Below, one piece after another: positions 9,375 through 19,655 of a stretch of DNA of 39,222 bases. Within the stretch, counting starts at the first letter, position 1; the number at the start of each line of letters is the position of its first letter. This DNA is from a bacterium. Its GTDB lineage: Bacteria; Hinthialibacterota; Hinthialibacteria; Hinthialibacterales; Hinthialibacteraceae. The position numbers and the translations under genes are program-made. The notes below the pieces were generated by a model. The model saw only the letters and a program-made list of their open reading frames with translations, was not told the DNA's origin and made no database searches. The stretch lies in NCBI GenBank assembly GCA_963663405.2, contig CAXXSM010000002.1, positions 1-39,222 on the forward strand, in the 5' to 3' direction.

Positions 9375-10250
9375 ATGGATACCAATCAACTCGAACGCAT
9401 CATCCAGGAAGAAGTCCAAAAAGTCCTCGCCGAACAGGAGAGGAATGAAGGGACGCTCTTTCCACCCAATCCAAACGAAACGCTTGACGCCAGCGCGTGT
9501 CAGGGGCCAACCTGCGTCATGCCCACGGGAATGAATCCCGTTCCAGCGCCGGCGATACCTCCAGCGGTGGATGATGGTGGACCGGCGATTCTCTGTCTCT
9601 TCACTGGAGCGCGCGAAAAGTGGGATGTGATCGGTTCCGCATTTCAAACTTGGCGCAGTGAGGGATTTCGATTGGACGCGGTGTTTTCACGGGGCGCGCA
9701 GGATGTGATTCCATCGGATGAGATCACATCACTCGGTCTCCGGCAGATTGACCGTCCAGACGAATTATGGACCATCATGTATGAGATGAACCGCTATGCG
9801 GCGGTGTTTGTCCCCTCGATCAGCCGCACCCATGCGGCGAAGCTGGCCCTCGGTATTACGGATACCGTTATTTTAAATCTAATGCTCTCCGCGCTCGCGC
9901 AGAATACACCTACAATCGCTTCCGATGACGGCTTAAGTCCAACGGCTTGTGTGGTTTGTGGCAACAACGTTCCCGGCATTCAAGAAGTATTGGATAAATA
10001 TCAGGAACAGCTGCGCAAAATGGGCATGAAACTCGCTCCGGCGGAAGAAGCGGTGAAAGAAGTGGGCCGCGTGGTTCTCAACAAAGCCGAAAGCGGACCG
10101 GATCTGATTACAACCCTCGTGACAGAAGAAGACGCCGCGGCTATGCAAGGCCCTGTCGTAAAGGCCGCCCGCGGTGGATTAATAACTCCCTTGGCGTTGG
10201 AATTGCTTCATAAACGGGGGATTGAAGTTGTGATCGTGCCGCAGGATTGA
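9375..10250 (+). CDS. BMC-associated flavoprotein (HFCD/PF02441-like fold) with encapsulation peptide
   Basis: VPSISRTHAAKLALGITDT...ALAQNTP resembles the flavoprotein core. N-terminal MDTNQLERIIQEEVQKVLAE helix. C-terminal LVTEEDA...LITPLALELLHKRGIEV module. Confidence 0.75.
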   Translation: MDTNQLERIIQEEVQKVLAEQERNEGTLFPPNPNETLDASACQGPTCVMPTGMNPVPAPAIPPAVDDGGPAILCLFTGAREKWDVIGSAFQTWRSEGFRLDAVFSRGAQDVIPSDEITSLGLRQIDRPDELWTIMYEMNRYAAVFVPSISRTHAAKLALGITDTVILNLMLSALAQNTPTIASDDGLSPTACVVCGNNVPGIQEVLDKYQEQLRKMGMKLAPAEEAVKEVGRVVLNKAESGPDLITTLVTEEDAAAMQGPVVKAARGGLITPLALELLHKRGIEVVIVPQD

Positions 10251-10284
10251 TGATTATAAGCGAGAATACTTTGGGATAAAAACA

Positions 10285-11712
10285 ATGGATGAAAGCAAAA
10301 TTGCGGAGATAGTGAAGCAGGTCATGCGGGAATTACAGCTGCCCGGTGAGGCGGCGTATGAAACCCACATCTCGGCCTGCGCGGGTGGAGCGGCGAGCGG
10401 TGGGCGCGATGGAGTATTTGATAACATTGAAGACGCGATCCGCGCCGGGAAAATGGCCTTCGAACAATTTAAAAAGGTTTCGTTGGACGATCGCCGCCGG
10501 TTTATCTCGTTAATTCGTGAAACATCCCGGCAAAAGAACCAAGAATGGTCGGAATTCGCTGTCCAAGACACCCAGATGGGCCGTGTCGATCATAAAGTTA
10601 CGAAAAACAGTCTGGCAATAGAAAAAACACCGGGCATGGAAGACCTGGAAACCCTTTGTATCACCGGCGATAAAGGGATCATGATGCAAAAATACACGCC
10701 TTTTGGCGTGATCGGCACAATTACTCCCTCCACCAATCCGGTGGCGACGGTGATCAATCACGCGATCGCTATGCTTTCAGCAGGCAATACCGTCGTATTC
10801 GGCCCTCATCCGGGAGCGATTGAATGCACGCTCAAAGCGATGCAAGACATCAACCGGGCGCTCGTTTCAGCGGGCGCGCCGCCGAACTTGATGACATCAA
10901 TCCAAAAACCAACCCTGCGGACGGCGAAAGTGATTATGACCCACGAGTCGATCAATCTATTGGTCGTAACCGGTGGTCCCGCTGTGGTCCGTGCGGCGAT
11001 GGAAAGCCCGAAACGCGCGATTGTCGCCGGGCCGGGTAACCCACCCGTCATTGTAGATGAATTTGCCGATATCCAAAAAGCGGCTCGTTCGATTTATACC
11101 GGAGCCAGTTTCGACAATAACATGCCTTGTATTTGCGAGAAGGAATGTTACGTGCTTCCGTCCGTGTACGATCCATTCCTTTCCGCGTTACAACAGCAGG
11201 GCGCGTATTTGTTAAATCCAAGTCAGACCGATACACTCGCCCGTGTTGTCATCACCGCCGACAATCACGTAAACCGCGATTGGGTAGGAAAAGACGCCAG
11301 CAAGATTGCCCAGGCGATCAATGTGACCATTCCTTCAAGTTGCGATCTATTAATCGCCGAGGTCGGACAAAGCCATCCGTTCGTACAACATGAACTGCTG
11401 ATGCCGATTTTGGGGATTGTACGGGTGAATTCATTTGAAGAAGCGGTTCGTCTAGCCGTGGAAGCGGAACATGGATTCGGGCATACTGCGATCATTCACA
11501 GTCAGAATATGGACCGGATTACAGCGTTCGCTAACGCCATTCAAGTCGGATTGTTCGTTGCGAACGGCCCATGCGGAGCGGTGCTGGGCAATGGTGGAGA
11601 AGGATTTACGGCGCTTACAATTGCTGGAGCGAGTGGTGAAGGCTCCTGCACACCGCGAACATTCAGCCGGGTGCGCCGTTGCGCCATCGCGGATTCACTG
11701 CAAGTGTTTTAA
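10285..11712 (+). CDS. CoA-acylating aldehyde dehydrogenase (EutE/PduP family) with encapsulation peptide
   Basis: PFGVIGTITPSTNP, VTGGPAVV, AGPGNPPVIVDE, catalytic SFDNNMPCICEKE, ELLMPIL, AEHGFGHTA. N-terminal MDESKIAEIVKQVMREL. Confidence 0.95.
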   Translation: MDESKIAEIVKQVMRELQLPGEAAYETHISACAGGAASGGRDGVFDNIEDAIRAGKMAFEQFKKVSLDDRRRFISLIRETSRQKNQEWSEFAVQDTQMGRVDHKVTKNSLAIEKTPGMEDLETLCITGDKGIMMQKYTPFGVIGTITPSTNPVATVINHAIAMLSAGNTVVFGPHPGAIECTLKAMQDINRALVSAGAPPNLMTSIQKPTLRTAKVIMTHESINLLVVTGGPAVVRAAMESPKRAIVAGPGNPPVIVDEFADIQKAARSIYTGASFDNNMPCICEKECYVLPSVYDPFLSALQQQGAYLLNPSQTDTLARVVITADNHVNRDWVGKDASKIAQAINVTIPSSCDLLIAEVGQSHPFVQHELLMPILGIVRVNSFEEAVRLAVEAEHGFGHTAIIHSQNMDRITAFANAIQVGLFVANGPCGAVLGNGGEGFTALTIAGASGEGSCTPRTFSRVRRCAIADSLQVF

Positions 11713-12085
11713 GGCGGCCATAAAAAGAAACAGCCGTTCATCTCACCGCGTTTTCTTTCATTTTCCAACTCTTATATAAATCATCATGATCAAGATCACA
11801 ACCTGCAAATGAAAATGAGTTGCGGGAGTAATCAGGGACGAGTCAGTCTCGGAAACTCATTTTTATATAAATTACCAGTGACGAAATAGGGACCCAACCT
11901 TCTTTCGTTTCCATTTTCTATTACTATGATAAATACGGCGGCGGGAATATATATTCATCAATGAGATCTTATGGAAATCCCGCATATGGAATTTCTATTT
12001 TCCTTTCTGCAATGGGATTGGAAATGAATTGTTATTCTGCGTACCGCAGTTTTATTTTTGTTTTACATCCTGGAGGTTATCTGTA

Positions 12086-15000
12086 ATGAAACTGCTTTAT
12101 AAACGAGTACAATCACGGCTAACTGAGTTCAATTCTTTTTTATATAAATGGAAACAGACAGCCAATCCAATTCAGATTCTGAAAGCGGATCAGTATTCCT
12201 TGCAAATTCCCGGTCTGAAGGAAGATTGGCGGGATTTTCAGATTGGTTCCAATTGGCCTTCGTTTGACTCCTACTACTGGATTCGTCCAGCTATCCAGAT
12301 TCCCCGCTCCCTCACCGGTCAAGCGATTGAATTAAGAGTAGTTCTATCGAAAGAATATACCCTCCATACACCGGAAGGATTGGTTTTCGTTAATGGAGAA
12401 ATCCGTCAGGGGATCGACCGGAATCATGCGAATGTTCTCCTAACCTCAAACGCGCAAGCGGATGAAAAAATCGATGTGGCGATCCAAGTCTACACAGGAA
12501 AACAGTTCCAATTCATCAAACCGGAAGAGATTCCCCCTCACCAGCTGGTGGAATGCGCGGTCGCTGCACCGGACGAAAACGCCACCGCGTTTTATCACCA
12601 AGCAAAAAACTTTTTTGAAGCCGCGCAAACACTCCCAGAAGATACACGTCTCCGTTTAGAGATTTTGTCAATATTAGGTAAAAGTTTCGAGCGGATTGAT
12701 TATACGAATTTACATCGAAAGGAATTTAATGCGTCTGTTGAAGACGCCATGCGGTATTTGACACAAAAAATCCGTGGTTTGAAAGCGGCGCCTTCACGCG
12801 AAAAAGTCTGCTGTACGGGACATGCCCATATTGATGTCGCCTGGCTTTGGCCGTTGCGACGAACGAGGCAAAAGTCGATTCACACTTTCTCAACCGTTCT
12901 CGAATTGATGAGCCGGTATCCGAATTATCATTTCATTCAAAGTCAACCCCAACTCTATCAATACATCCAGGAAGATTGCCCCCCTCTCTTTGAAAAAATC
13001 AAAAATGCGATCGAAGAGGGACGCTGGGAAGCGGATGGAGGGATGTGGGTGGAAGCGGATTGCAACGTCACGTCCGGTGAATCCCTCATCCGCCAGTTTC
13101 TCTATGGACGGCGTTTTTTTGAAGAAGAATTAAACGTGTCTCCATCCGTGCTATGGCTGCCCGATGTCTTCGGTTACAGCTGGGCGCTGCCGCAGATCAT
13201 GCGCCAATGTGAAATCGATTATTTCATGACGACAAAAATTTCGTGGAATCAATACAACCAGATTCCTTACGACACATTCCAGTGGCGGGGGATCGATGGC
13301 ACAGAGGTTCTCACACACTTCATCACGACGCCATGCGATAAATGGTTTAAAACATACAATGGCGCCCTCACGCCAAAAGAAGCCGCCGAAACATGGAACG
13401 CATATCAGCAAAAAGAGATTAACGACGAGGTTCTTCTCTCCTTCGGCTATGGGGACGGTGGCGGCGGCCCTACCGAAAAGATGATCCAAACAGCGGAATG
13501 CCTTAAAAATGTACCCGGTTACCCGCAAGTTAAAATGGGCCGTGTGGACAAATTCTTTCAACGCTTGGAAAAGAAAGTAAAAGACAAAGCCCCTCTCTGG
13601 AATGGGGAATTGTATCTGGAATACCACCGGGGAACCTATACCACTCAGGCGCAAAATAAGAAATTTAACCGGGAAGCGGAATTCCACATGCAACGGGCGG
13701 AAACTATCGCGGCCATCGCCGCGCTCGCGGGGATGGAGTATCCACGGGAACGTTTCCAAGCGATCTGGGAAAGAATTCTCTTAAATCAATTCCATGATAT
13801 CATTCCAGGCTCCTCCATCCGCGAAGTGTACGAGGACAGCGCAAAAGATTACGCCTGGATCGAAGACGAAACAAACCGGATTCTCTCTGAAGCGGAACAG
13901 ACAATCACCACGTCTTCAGAGAAAGAAAAAGAAGCGGCGACAATCGTGAATACTCTCGGCTGGAAACGAACTACGCCTTTCCTGATCCCCGATCCCGGCC
14001 TGACCGAAGCAATGGAAGTTCATATTGGTGAAGAAACCGCATTCGCGCAGCCGGTCGAGACTCTGGAGGGAGAGCGTAAACTATTGATCGACAACGCTGA
14101 ATTGAATCCCTACAGCGCGTCCGTGTTGGAAATCAATTCTCCTTTCAAAACGAATAACAAATCGCTTCGGGTGACGAAACACTCGCTTGAGAATTCGCTG
14201 TTGCGAATCGAATTCAACGATCACGGTGAGATCGTGTCGCTTTACGACAAAGAGATCGAACGGGAAGTTCTCAATCCCGGTGAAGTGGCGAATGTTTTCC
14301 AAGCCTTTGAAGACAAGCCTCTTTCGAATGACGCTTGGGATATTGATATTTTCTATCAGGATAAACTACTCTCCACAGGTTCCAAAGCATCTATCAAGAT
14401 TTTAGAAAAAGGCCCACTGCGGGTATCGTTGCAGATTCGTAAGACCATTCTGGATGGAGAGATCATTCAAAATATATCTCTTTGCCGCCACTCCCGCCGG
14501 GTCGATTTCGAAACGCGGATTGAATGGACCAACAAAGATGTGCTATTGAAAGCAGCCTTTCCCGTCGCGATTCATGCGGCGGCGGCCACGTACGATATCC
14601 AATTCGGTTCCGTCGAACGTCCTACGCATTGGAACACGAGCTGGGATTGGGCGCGGTTTGAGACCTGCGCGCAGAAATGGGTCGATCTATCCGAGGGAGA
14701 TTATGGCGTCAGCCTGCTTAACAACTGCAAGTATGGGCACGATATCCACGATCACACGATCCGCCTCACGCTGATCAAATGCCCCGACGCCCCCGATCCG
14801 GACGCGGACGTGGGAACGCATCTCTTCACCTACAGTCTCTTCCCCCATCCAGGAGATTGGCGCGCCGCCCGCATCCCCCAGGAAGCATATGAATTGAACA
14901 CGGCGCCGTTGGTTCTGCAAGGACGTTTTTCTCACCCCCATCTAGAAACCGGCGCGTCCTTCGTCTCCGTCGACCAGGAAAACATCATCCTTGAAACCAT

Positions 15001-15214
15001 AAAATACGCGGAAAAAGAAGACGCTGTAATTCTTCGCCTTTACGAAAACCGCAACCAACGCGGCCCCGTCACACTTAATTTTGGAATAAAACCCAAGAAG
15101 GTAGAAGAATGCAATCTCCTCGAACGGCGCGGTAAAAAAATTAAATTAAACGGAGACACAATCGATTTCTATATCAAACCGTACGAACTCCGCACGTTTA
15201 AGGTCTGGTTTTAA
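12086..15214 (+). CDS. GH38 alpha-mannosidase
   Basis: GHAHIDVAWLWP, GGMWVEAD, WLPDVFGYS, FGYGDGGGGP, GELYLEYHRGTYT, LNQFHDIIPGSSI, ERPTHWNTSWDWARFE. ATG 12086 follows GGAGG. Confidence 0.95.
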   Translation: MKLLYKRVQSRLTEFNSFLYKWKQTANPIQILKADQYSLQIPGLKEDWRDFQIGSNWPSFDSYYWIRPAIQIPRSLTGQAIELRVVLSKEYTLHTPEGLVFVNGEIRQGIDRNHANVLLTSNAQADEKIDVAIQVYTGKQFQFIKPEEIPPHQLVECAVAAPDENATAFYHQAKNFFEAAQTLPEDTRLRLEILSILGKSFERIDYTNLHRKEFNASVEDAMRYLTQKIRGLKAAPSREKVCCTGHAHIDVAWLWPLRRTRQKSIHTFSTVLELMSRYPNYHFIQSQPQLYQYIQEDCPPLFEKIKNAIEEGRWEADGGMWVEADCNVTSGESLIRQFLYGRRFFEEELNVSPSVLWLPDVFGYSWALPQIMRQCEIDYFMTTKISWNQYNQIPYDTFQWRGIDGTEVLTHFITTPCDKWFKTYNGALTPKEAAETWNAYQQKEINDEVLLSFGYGDGGGGPTEKMIQTAECLKNVPGYPQVKMGRVDKFFQRLEKKVKDKAPLWNGELYLEYHRGTYTTQAQNKKFNREAEFHMQRAETIAAIAALAGMEYPRERFQAIWERILLNQFHDIIPGSSIREVYEDSAKDYAWIEDETNRILSEAEQTITTSSEKEKEAATIVNTLGWKRTTPFLIPDPGLTEAMEVHIGEETAFAQPVETLEGERKLLIDNAELNPYSASVLEINSPFKTNNKSLRVTKHSLENSLLRIEFNDHGEIVSLYDKEIEREVLNPGEVANVFQAFEDKPLSNDAWDIDIFYQDKLLSTGSKASIKILEKGPLRVSLQIRKTILDGEIIQNISLCRHSRRVDFETRIEWTNKDVLLKAAFPVAIHAAAATYDIQFGSVERPTHWNTSWDWARFETCAQKWVDLSEGDYGVSLLNNCKYGHDIHDHTIRLTLIKCPDAPDPDADVGTHLFTYSLFPHPGDWRAARIPQEAYELNTAPLVLQGRFSHPHLETGASFVSVDQENIILETIKYAEKEDAVILRLYENRNQRGPVTLNFGIKPKKVEECNLLERRGKKIKLNGDTIDFYIKPYELRTFKVWF

Positions 15215-15224
15215 GGAAGGAGAG

Positions 15225-17423
15225 TTAAGTGATTGGGTATATATCCAAGAAACGGATACTGCCTTGAGCGTCATTGATTAATAGTTGTTTCGCATCGGGA
15301 GAAAAATCAATACACCTGATTCCAGGAGCGTTTTGTTCACTATTGGGGGCATCAATGATTTGCTGAAATAGCTGAAATCGAAGTCCCATTGTGAAGATAG
15401 GTCTGAGTTGAGCGATTTCAACGCTCCCTAGTTTTTTCATCGTCTCTAATTCCCAAAGCGTTACCGATCCATCACTCTGTACTACCGCAATGTATTTTGC
15501 ATTGGGCGACAATGCAATGCCTTGATAAGTCCCTGGTATACGGCTAGGAATATCATAACTCACGTCATTCTCAATATCCATAATTTGAAGATATCCCATA
15601 GCATTACAAAACAAAACGGACTTTTCATCGGGTAAGACCATGATGGATTTTAACAGCGCATTTTTATTCTTGATTCTGCGGATGACAGCGCCTTTGCTGA
15701 AATCCCATAAGTCTATGTCGACACTATCCTTAGGATTGACTGCAAACCAGTTTTGGGTAGTATCGAATACGGTTTCATGAATCGCGTTCAACAATCGTCC
15801 CTGGATTTTGGTGATTATTCGCCCCGTTCCGATTTCCCATAGCGTGAGTGTCCCCTTTTGGTCATCACCGATTATTGTCGAGCCATCCTTAGAAAAAATG
15901 GCCTGAGATAAAGATGATGAGTGTCCTTTAAACGTTTGGATTTTTTCTCCCAAATGGACATCCCAAACATTGCAGACATTTTTTAACGCATGATTTCCGA
16001 TCACAAGATCCTGCTGATCTGTATCCATGAGTTGTGTGAGGAGCCATCGGCCATCGGATGAGTAGGCGGTTGTGAGTTGTGTATCAGCCTTTTTTAGAGG
16101 TGGATTTCGCATTGTCCGGCCAGTTTTAAAATCAAAAATATATGTATCGCCAAATGAGGTTCCGCTTAATATGCGGCGGCCATCGGGCAGGAACATAGAA
16201 TAATTCGTAATCTCTGAAGAGAGCGGTAAAGAACGAATGATCGCGCCTGTTTTAAAATCTCGAAAAGTAAACGATTTCGTTCTATTATTAAATACAACGA
16301 TTTGCTGACCATCGGGTGAAAATGCAGAAAATGCGGCCTGTCCGTTTTCATTCTCAAAAGCGCGGATGCGCATACCCGATTTTGCATCCCATAAATGGAT
16401 TTTATTCCAAGCGGACAATACATATTGTCCATCCGGTGAAAGCACAGCATTCCAATATCCACTTTGGTCCAGATGATTGAATGAGGAGGTTTGTAAAAAC
16501 GTTTCCCGTTCAATCTCACACCGATCTTCCAAAAGATTTACATCCCAAATAACGATTGGTTGAGTCAAATTCAAGGAACAATGTGATAAAATTCTTTTTC
16601 CATTAGAAGAGAACAACGCTAAAGGTTTCATTGCAAAGGGTGTTCGCCAAATAAGGCTAGGGTTTCCCTTCTTCGACAGAAGTAGCCGATTCTCTTTAAT
16701 ATCCCATAATTTGCTGCCAAGTGAACTGCCAACAAGAATGCGCCGGCTATCCGGTGAGAATGAGAGTGAGGAGATTTTGGTAAACAGTGTGATGAATCGC
16801 CCGATTCTTTCAGCCGTACGTGTATCCCATATTTTAACTATCCCATAGTTATCGCCAGTAGCTACTTGATTTCCGTCTGGAGATAAAGCGGTAATTATAC
16901 CTGATGTAGTATGTTGAGCGCGTATATGAAGGAGTATTTTTTCATTTTTCAAATCCCATAGAGTCAGAGAGCCTTTATGATTTCCTTGGGCCAGCCACTG
17001 ACCGTCCAAAGAAAACTCTACCGATACAGGAATTTCATTCGCGTTACGCAGCCATTGCGACAGAGCAGGCCGTTCTCCCGTAATATCCCATATAAACACA
17101 CCTAAAGAATTGACTGTGGCGATACGCTTCCAATCGTGTGAAAATGCGAATGTCAAGACCGGTCCCAAGCTAAGAATGGATTCATCCGAATTGTCATGAT
17201 GAGAAGACTTAGGCGAATGAATAACAGAGAGCGCGCTCCTGTCGAGTTCTACTTCCCCAAAGACCGGTGGATTAACGACTAAGGCAGGCTTTTCATTCTC
17301 CAATAGGGAGTATGCCAATAAGAAAAGAACGATCAATAATACAATCACCGCGGCAGAGCCAGCGATAAAAAACGTACGTGGATTCAATCTCCGCCGAAAG
17401 AGAAGACGATATAATTTTCTCAT
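15225..17423 (-). CDS. Membrane-anchored WD40 beta-propeller protein W9
   Basis: MRKLYRLLFRRRLNPRTF, a TM helix, then repeated FSPDG...WD units. Start follows AAGGAGG. Confidence 0.9.
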   Translation of the reverse strand: MRKLYRLLFRRRLNPRTFFIAGSAAVIVLLIVLFLLAYSLLENEKPALVVNPPVFGEVELDRSALSVIHSPKSSHHDNSDESILSLGPVLTFAFSHDWKRIATVNSLGVFIWDITGERPALSQWLRNANEIPVSVEFSLDGQWLAQGNHKGSLTLWDLKNEKILLHIRAQHTTSGIITALSPDGNQVATGDNYGIVKIWDTRTAERIGRFITLFTKISSLSFSPDSRRILVGSSLGSKLWDIKENRLLLSKKGNPSLIWRTPFAMKPLALFSSNGKRILSHCSLNLTQPIVIWDVNLLEDRCEIERETFLQTSSFNHLDQSGYWNAVLSPDGQYVLSAWNKIHLWDAKSGMRIRAFENENGQAAFSAFSPDGQQIVVFNNRTKSFTFRDFKTGAIIRSLPLSSEITNYSMFLPDGRRILSGTSFGDTYIFDFKTGRTMRNPPLKKADTQLTTAYSSDGRWLLTQLMDTDQQDLVIGNHALKNVCNVWDVHLGEKIQTFKGHSSSLSQAIFSKDGSTIIGDDQKGTLTLWEIGTGRIITKIQGRLLNAIHETVFDTTQNWFAVNPKDSVDIDLWDFSKGAVIRRIKNKNALLKSIMVLPDEKSVLFCNAMGYLQIMDIENDVSYDIPSRIPGTYQGIALSPNAKYIAVVQSDGSVTLWELETMKKLGSVEIAQLRPIFTMGLRFQLFQQIIDAPNSEQNAPGIRCIDFSPDAKQLLINDAQGSIRFLDIYPIT

Positions 17424-17518
17424 CGCGTAAACCTCCTTACTCAAAATGCGCTTTAAGTTACAAATGGTTAATAACAACTATATTGCATCGAACAGATCCA
17501 TACTTTCAAGGTCTGGTT

Positions 17519-19642
17519 TTAAGGGGTGGGAGTAGAATTCGGCGCCAGGTGATTGGATACATTCCAAAGTCGAATGCATCCATTGGGATCGCTGGTTAAA
17601 ACCTGTCTTCCATCCGAAGAAACCGCGGCGCAATAGGCAATTGAAACAGTGGGGGGAGTGCGGCCAATAATTTTCATCGTTTCATAATTTAAGAGAGTCA
17701 ATCGGCCATCCTTCCCTTTGGCCGCCGCATAGTTTTGATTGGGTGATATTGCGATGGTTTTCAAGGGATTTTTGTTACCGAATGTAATCTCTCGTGTGGC
17801 GCCGCTCACAATTGCGGTTATTTGAAGGCGATCCTTTTCATTCACGGCTGCAATGGACTCTCCATCAGGAGTAAAAAAGATATGATGCATGAATCCATAT
17901 TGTTGCTGTAATATACGAATTAAAGCGCCCGCTTGGATATCCCATAATTCCACGTCGCCGGATCGCGCCGAGTGGATCGCGATCCATTGTTCATTGGGAG
18001 ATAGCGCTAAACGATTTGCGGAACTCAATTGTCTGCACACAAACGAGACCGCGCCTTTTCCGGTTTGAAGATCCCATATCACAATCGCATTCTTCTGGTC
18101 TACACCGATCACTTTCGAGCCATCTTTTGAGAAAACGCCGTGATTCAAGGGGATTGTATGCCCTTTTAACGTCTGTACTTTTTCTCCCGATTGGACATCC
18201 CAAATCGTGAAGATCGAATGGCGCGCGTTATTTTTCAAAGACAATGATTGCGTGAGAAGCCATTGTTTATCGGAAGAATAGGCGATCGTATGCTGCGTTT
18301 CTTTCGTTTTAAGAGATGGGGTTTGCGCGCATCGGCCAGACTCTACATCCCAGATAAACGTTTGACCACCTACCATTGTTCCACTCAAGATATGCCGGCC
18401 GTCCGGCAGAAAATACGTACGCCCCGCTGTACTATAATAAAGGTTAAAAGAGCGGATCACCTTTCCTGTTTCCAACTCTCTAAATGTAAATAAATTCGTT
18501 CGAGAATCAAACGTAAGATACTGCTGACCATCCGGGGAACAAGCCGCGTAGTCAATCAGAAAATTGTCTTTTTCTAAAACACGGAGACGCGCCCCTGTCT
18601 CCGCATCCCATAACTCCGTGTCTTCCCATGTAGTTAAAATGGATATGCCATCCGGTGAAAACGAGGCGTTATGAAACCAAAAATTTTCCGTTCGGCCAAT
18701 GGAGGCGAGTTGCAAGCATGTTTCCCGTTCAATTTCACACGTTTCATCGAACGCATTCACATCCCACACAACAATGGGTTGAGTCGACTCGATAACATGC
18801 CGCGAGAGAATCCGCTTGCCATTCGGCGAAAATATCGCCGTCGGCGGTATTAGAAAATGCATATTCCCAAGTCCCTTTGCCTGTTTGGAAAAAATCAACG
18901 CTTCCTTCTCTATATCCCAAACATTGAGGGAATTGGTTGCGGCGCTGTCTGTTAGAAGATGGCGCCCATCCGGGCTGAAGGAAATTGCTGTTATCCGGCC
19001 AGAATCATCACTAAATCGACCGATTCTCTTCGCCGTCCGTACATCCCAAATCTTAACCAATCCATTCATATCTCCCGTGGCAAGCCGGGCGCCATCGGAA
19101 GAAAAATCCAATCTCGTTATGGCGGCGCCTAGATGCGCGTTAATATGAAAGAGTGTTTTGCCGCTTACAACATCCCAAAGCGTCAGGGAGCCTTCATTAT
19201 TTCCTTGCGCCAGCAGTTTCCCATCAGGAGAGAACGTCAGTGATTTTGGGGCTTCGTTCTGATTCTGAAACCATTTCAATAACGCAGGCTGTTCTCCTGT
19301 GATATCCCATAGAAAAACACCCATATCACATCCCGTTGCGAGACGTTTCCAATCAGGGGAAAGAACAAGTGTTTCGATCTTGCCAAAACCAAGGATGGTC
19401 TCGCCTGAATCGCCTCGTATAGGATACTCAATACGATCAATAATCGAGAGTTCACGATGATCGATTTCCACCTCCGAATTGGCCCGAGAAGAAACAACCA
19501 GGTTCGCCGCCTTTTTTTTCGATTGCACGATCGTCATCAAGGCAAGAAGAATCAAAACAACGATCACAGCAATCATAACACCAGTCATAAACATTCGCGG
19601 ATCGAGTCTTCGTTTAAACATGAGATTGTAGAATTTTCGCAT
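17519..19642 (-). CDS. Membrane-anchored WD40 beta-propeller protein W8
   Basis: MRKFYNLMFKRRLDPRMF, TM helix, WD40 repeats. Confidence 0.9.
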   Translation of the reverse strand: MRKFYNLMFKRRLDPRMFMTGVMIAVIVVLILLALMTIVQSKKKAANLVVSSRANSEVEIDHRELSIIDRIEYPIRGDSGETILGFGKIETLVLSPDWKRLATGCDMGVFLWDITGEQPALLKWFQNQNEAPKSLTFSPDGKLLAQGNNEGSLTLWDVVSGKTLFHINAHLGAAITRLDFSSDGARLATGDMNGLVKIWDVRTAKRIGRFSDDSGRITAISFSPDGRHLLTDSAATNSLNVWDIEKEALIFSKQAKGLGNMHFLIPPTAIFSPNGKRILSRHVIESTQPIVVWDVNAFDETCEIERETCLQLASIGRTENFWFHNASFSPDGISILTTWEDTELWDAETGARLRVLEKDNFLIDYAACSPDGQQYLTFDSRTNLFTFRELETGKVIRSFNLYYSTAGRTYFLPDGRHILSGTMVGGQTFIWDVESGRCAQTPSLKTKETQHTIAYSSDKQWLLTQSLSLKNNARHSIFTIWDVQSGEKVQTLKGHTIPLNHGVFSKDGSKVIGVDQKNAIVIWDLQTGKGAVSFVCRQLSSANRLALSPNEQWIAIHSARSGDVELWDIQAGALIRILQQQYGFMHHIFFTPDGESIAAVNEKDRLQITAIVSGATREITFGNKNPLKTIAISPNQNYAAAKGKDGRLTLLNYETMKIIGRTPPTVSIAYCAAVSSDGRQVLTSDPNGCIRLWNVSNHLAPNSTPTP

Positions 19643-19655
19643 GGATTATTCCCCT

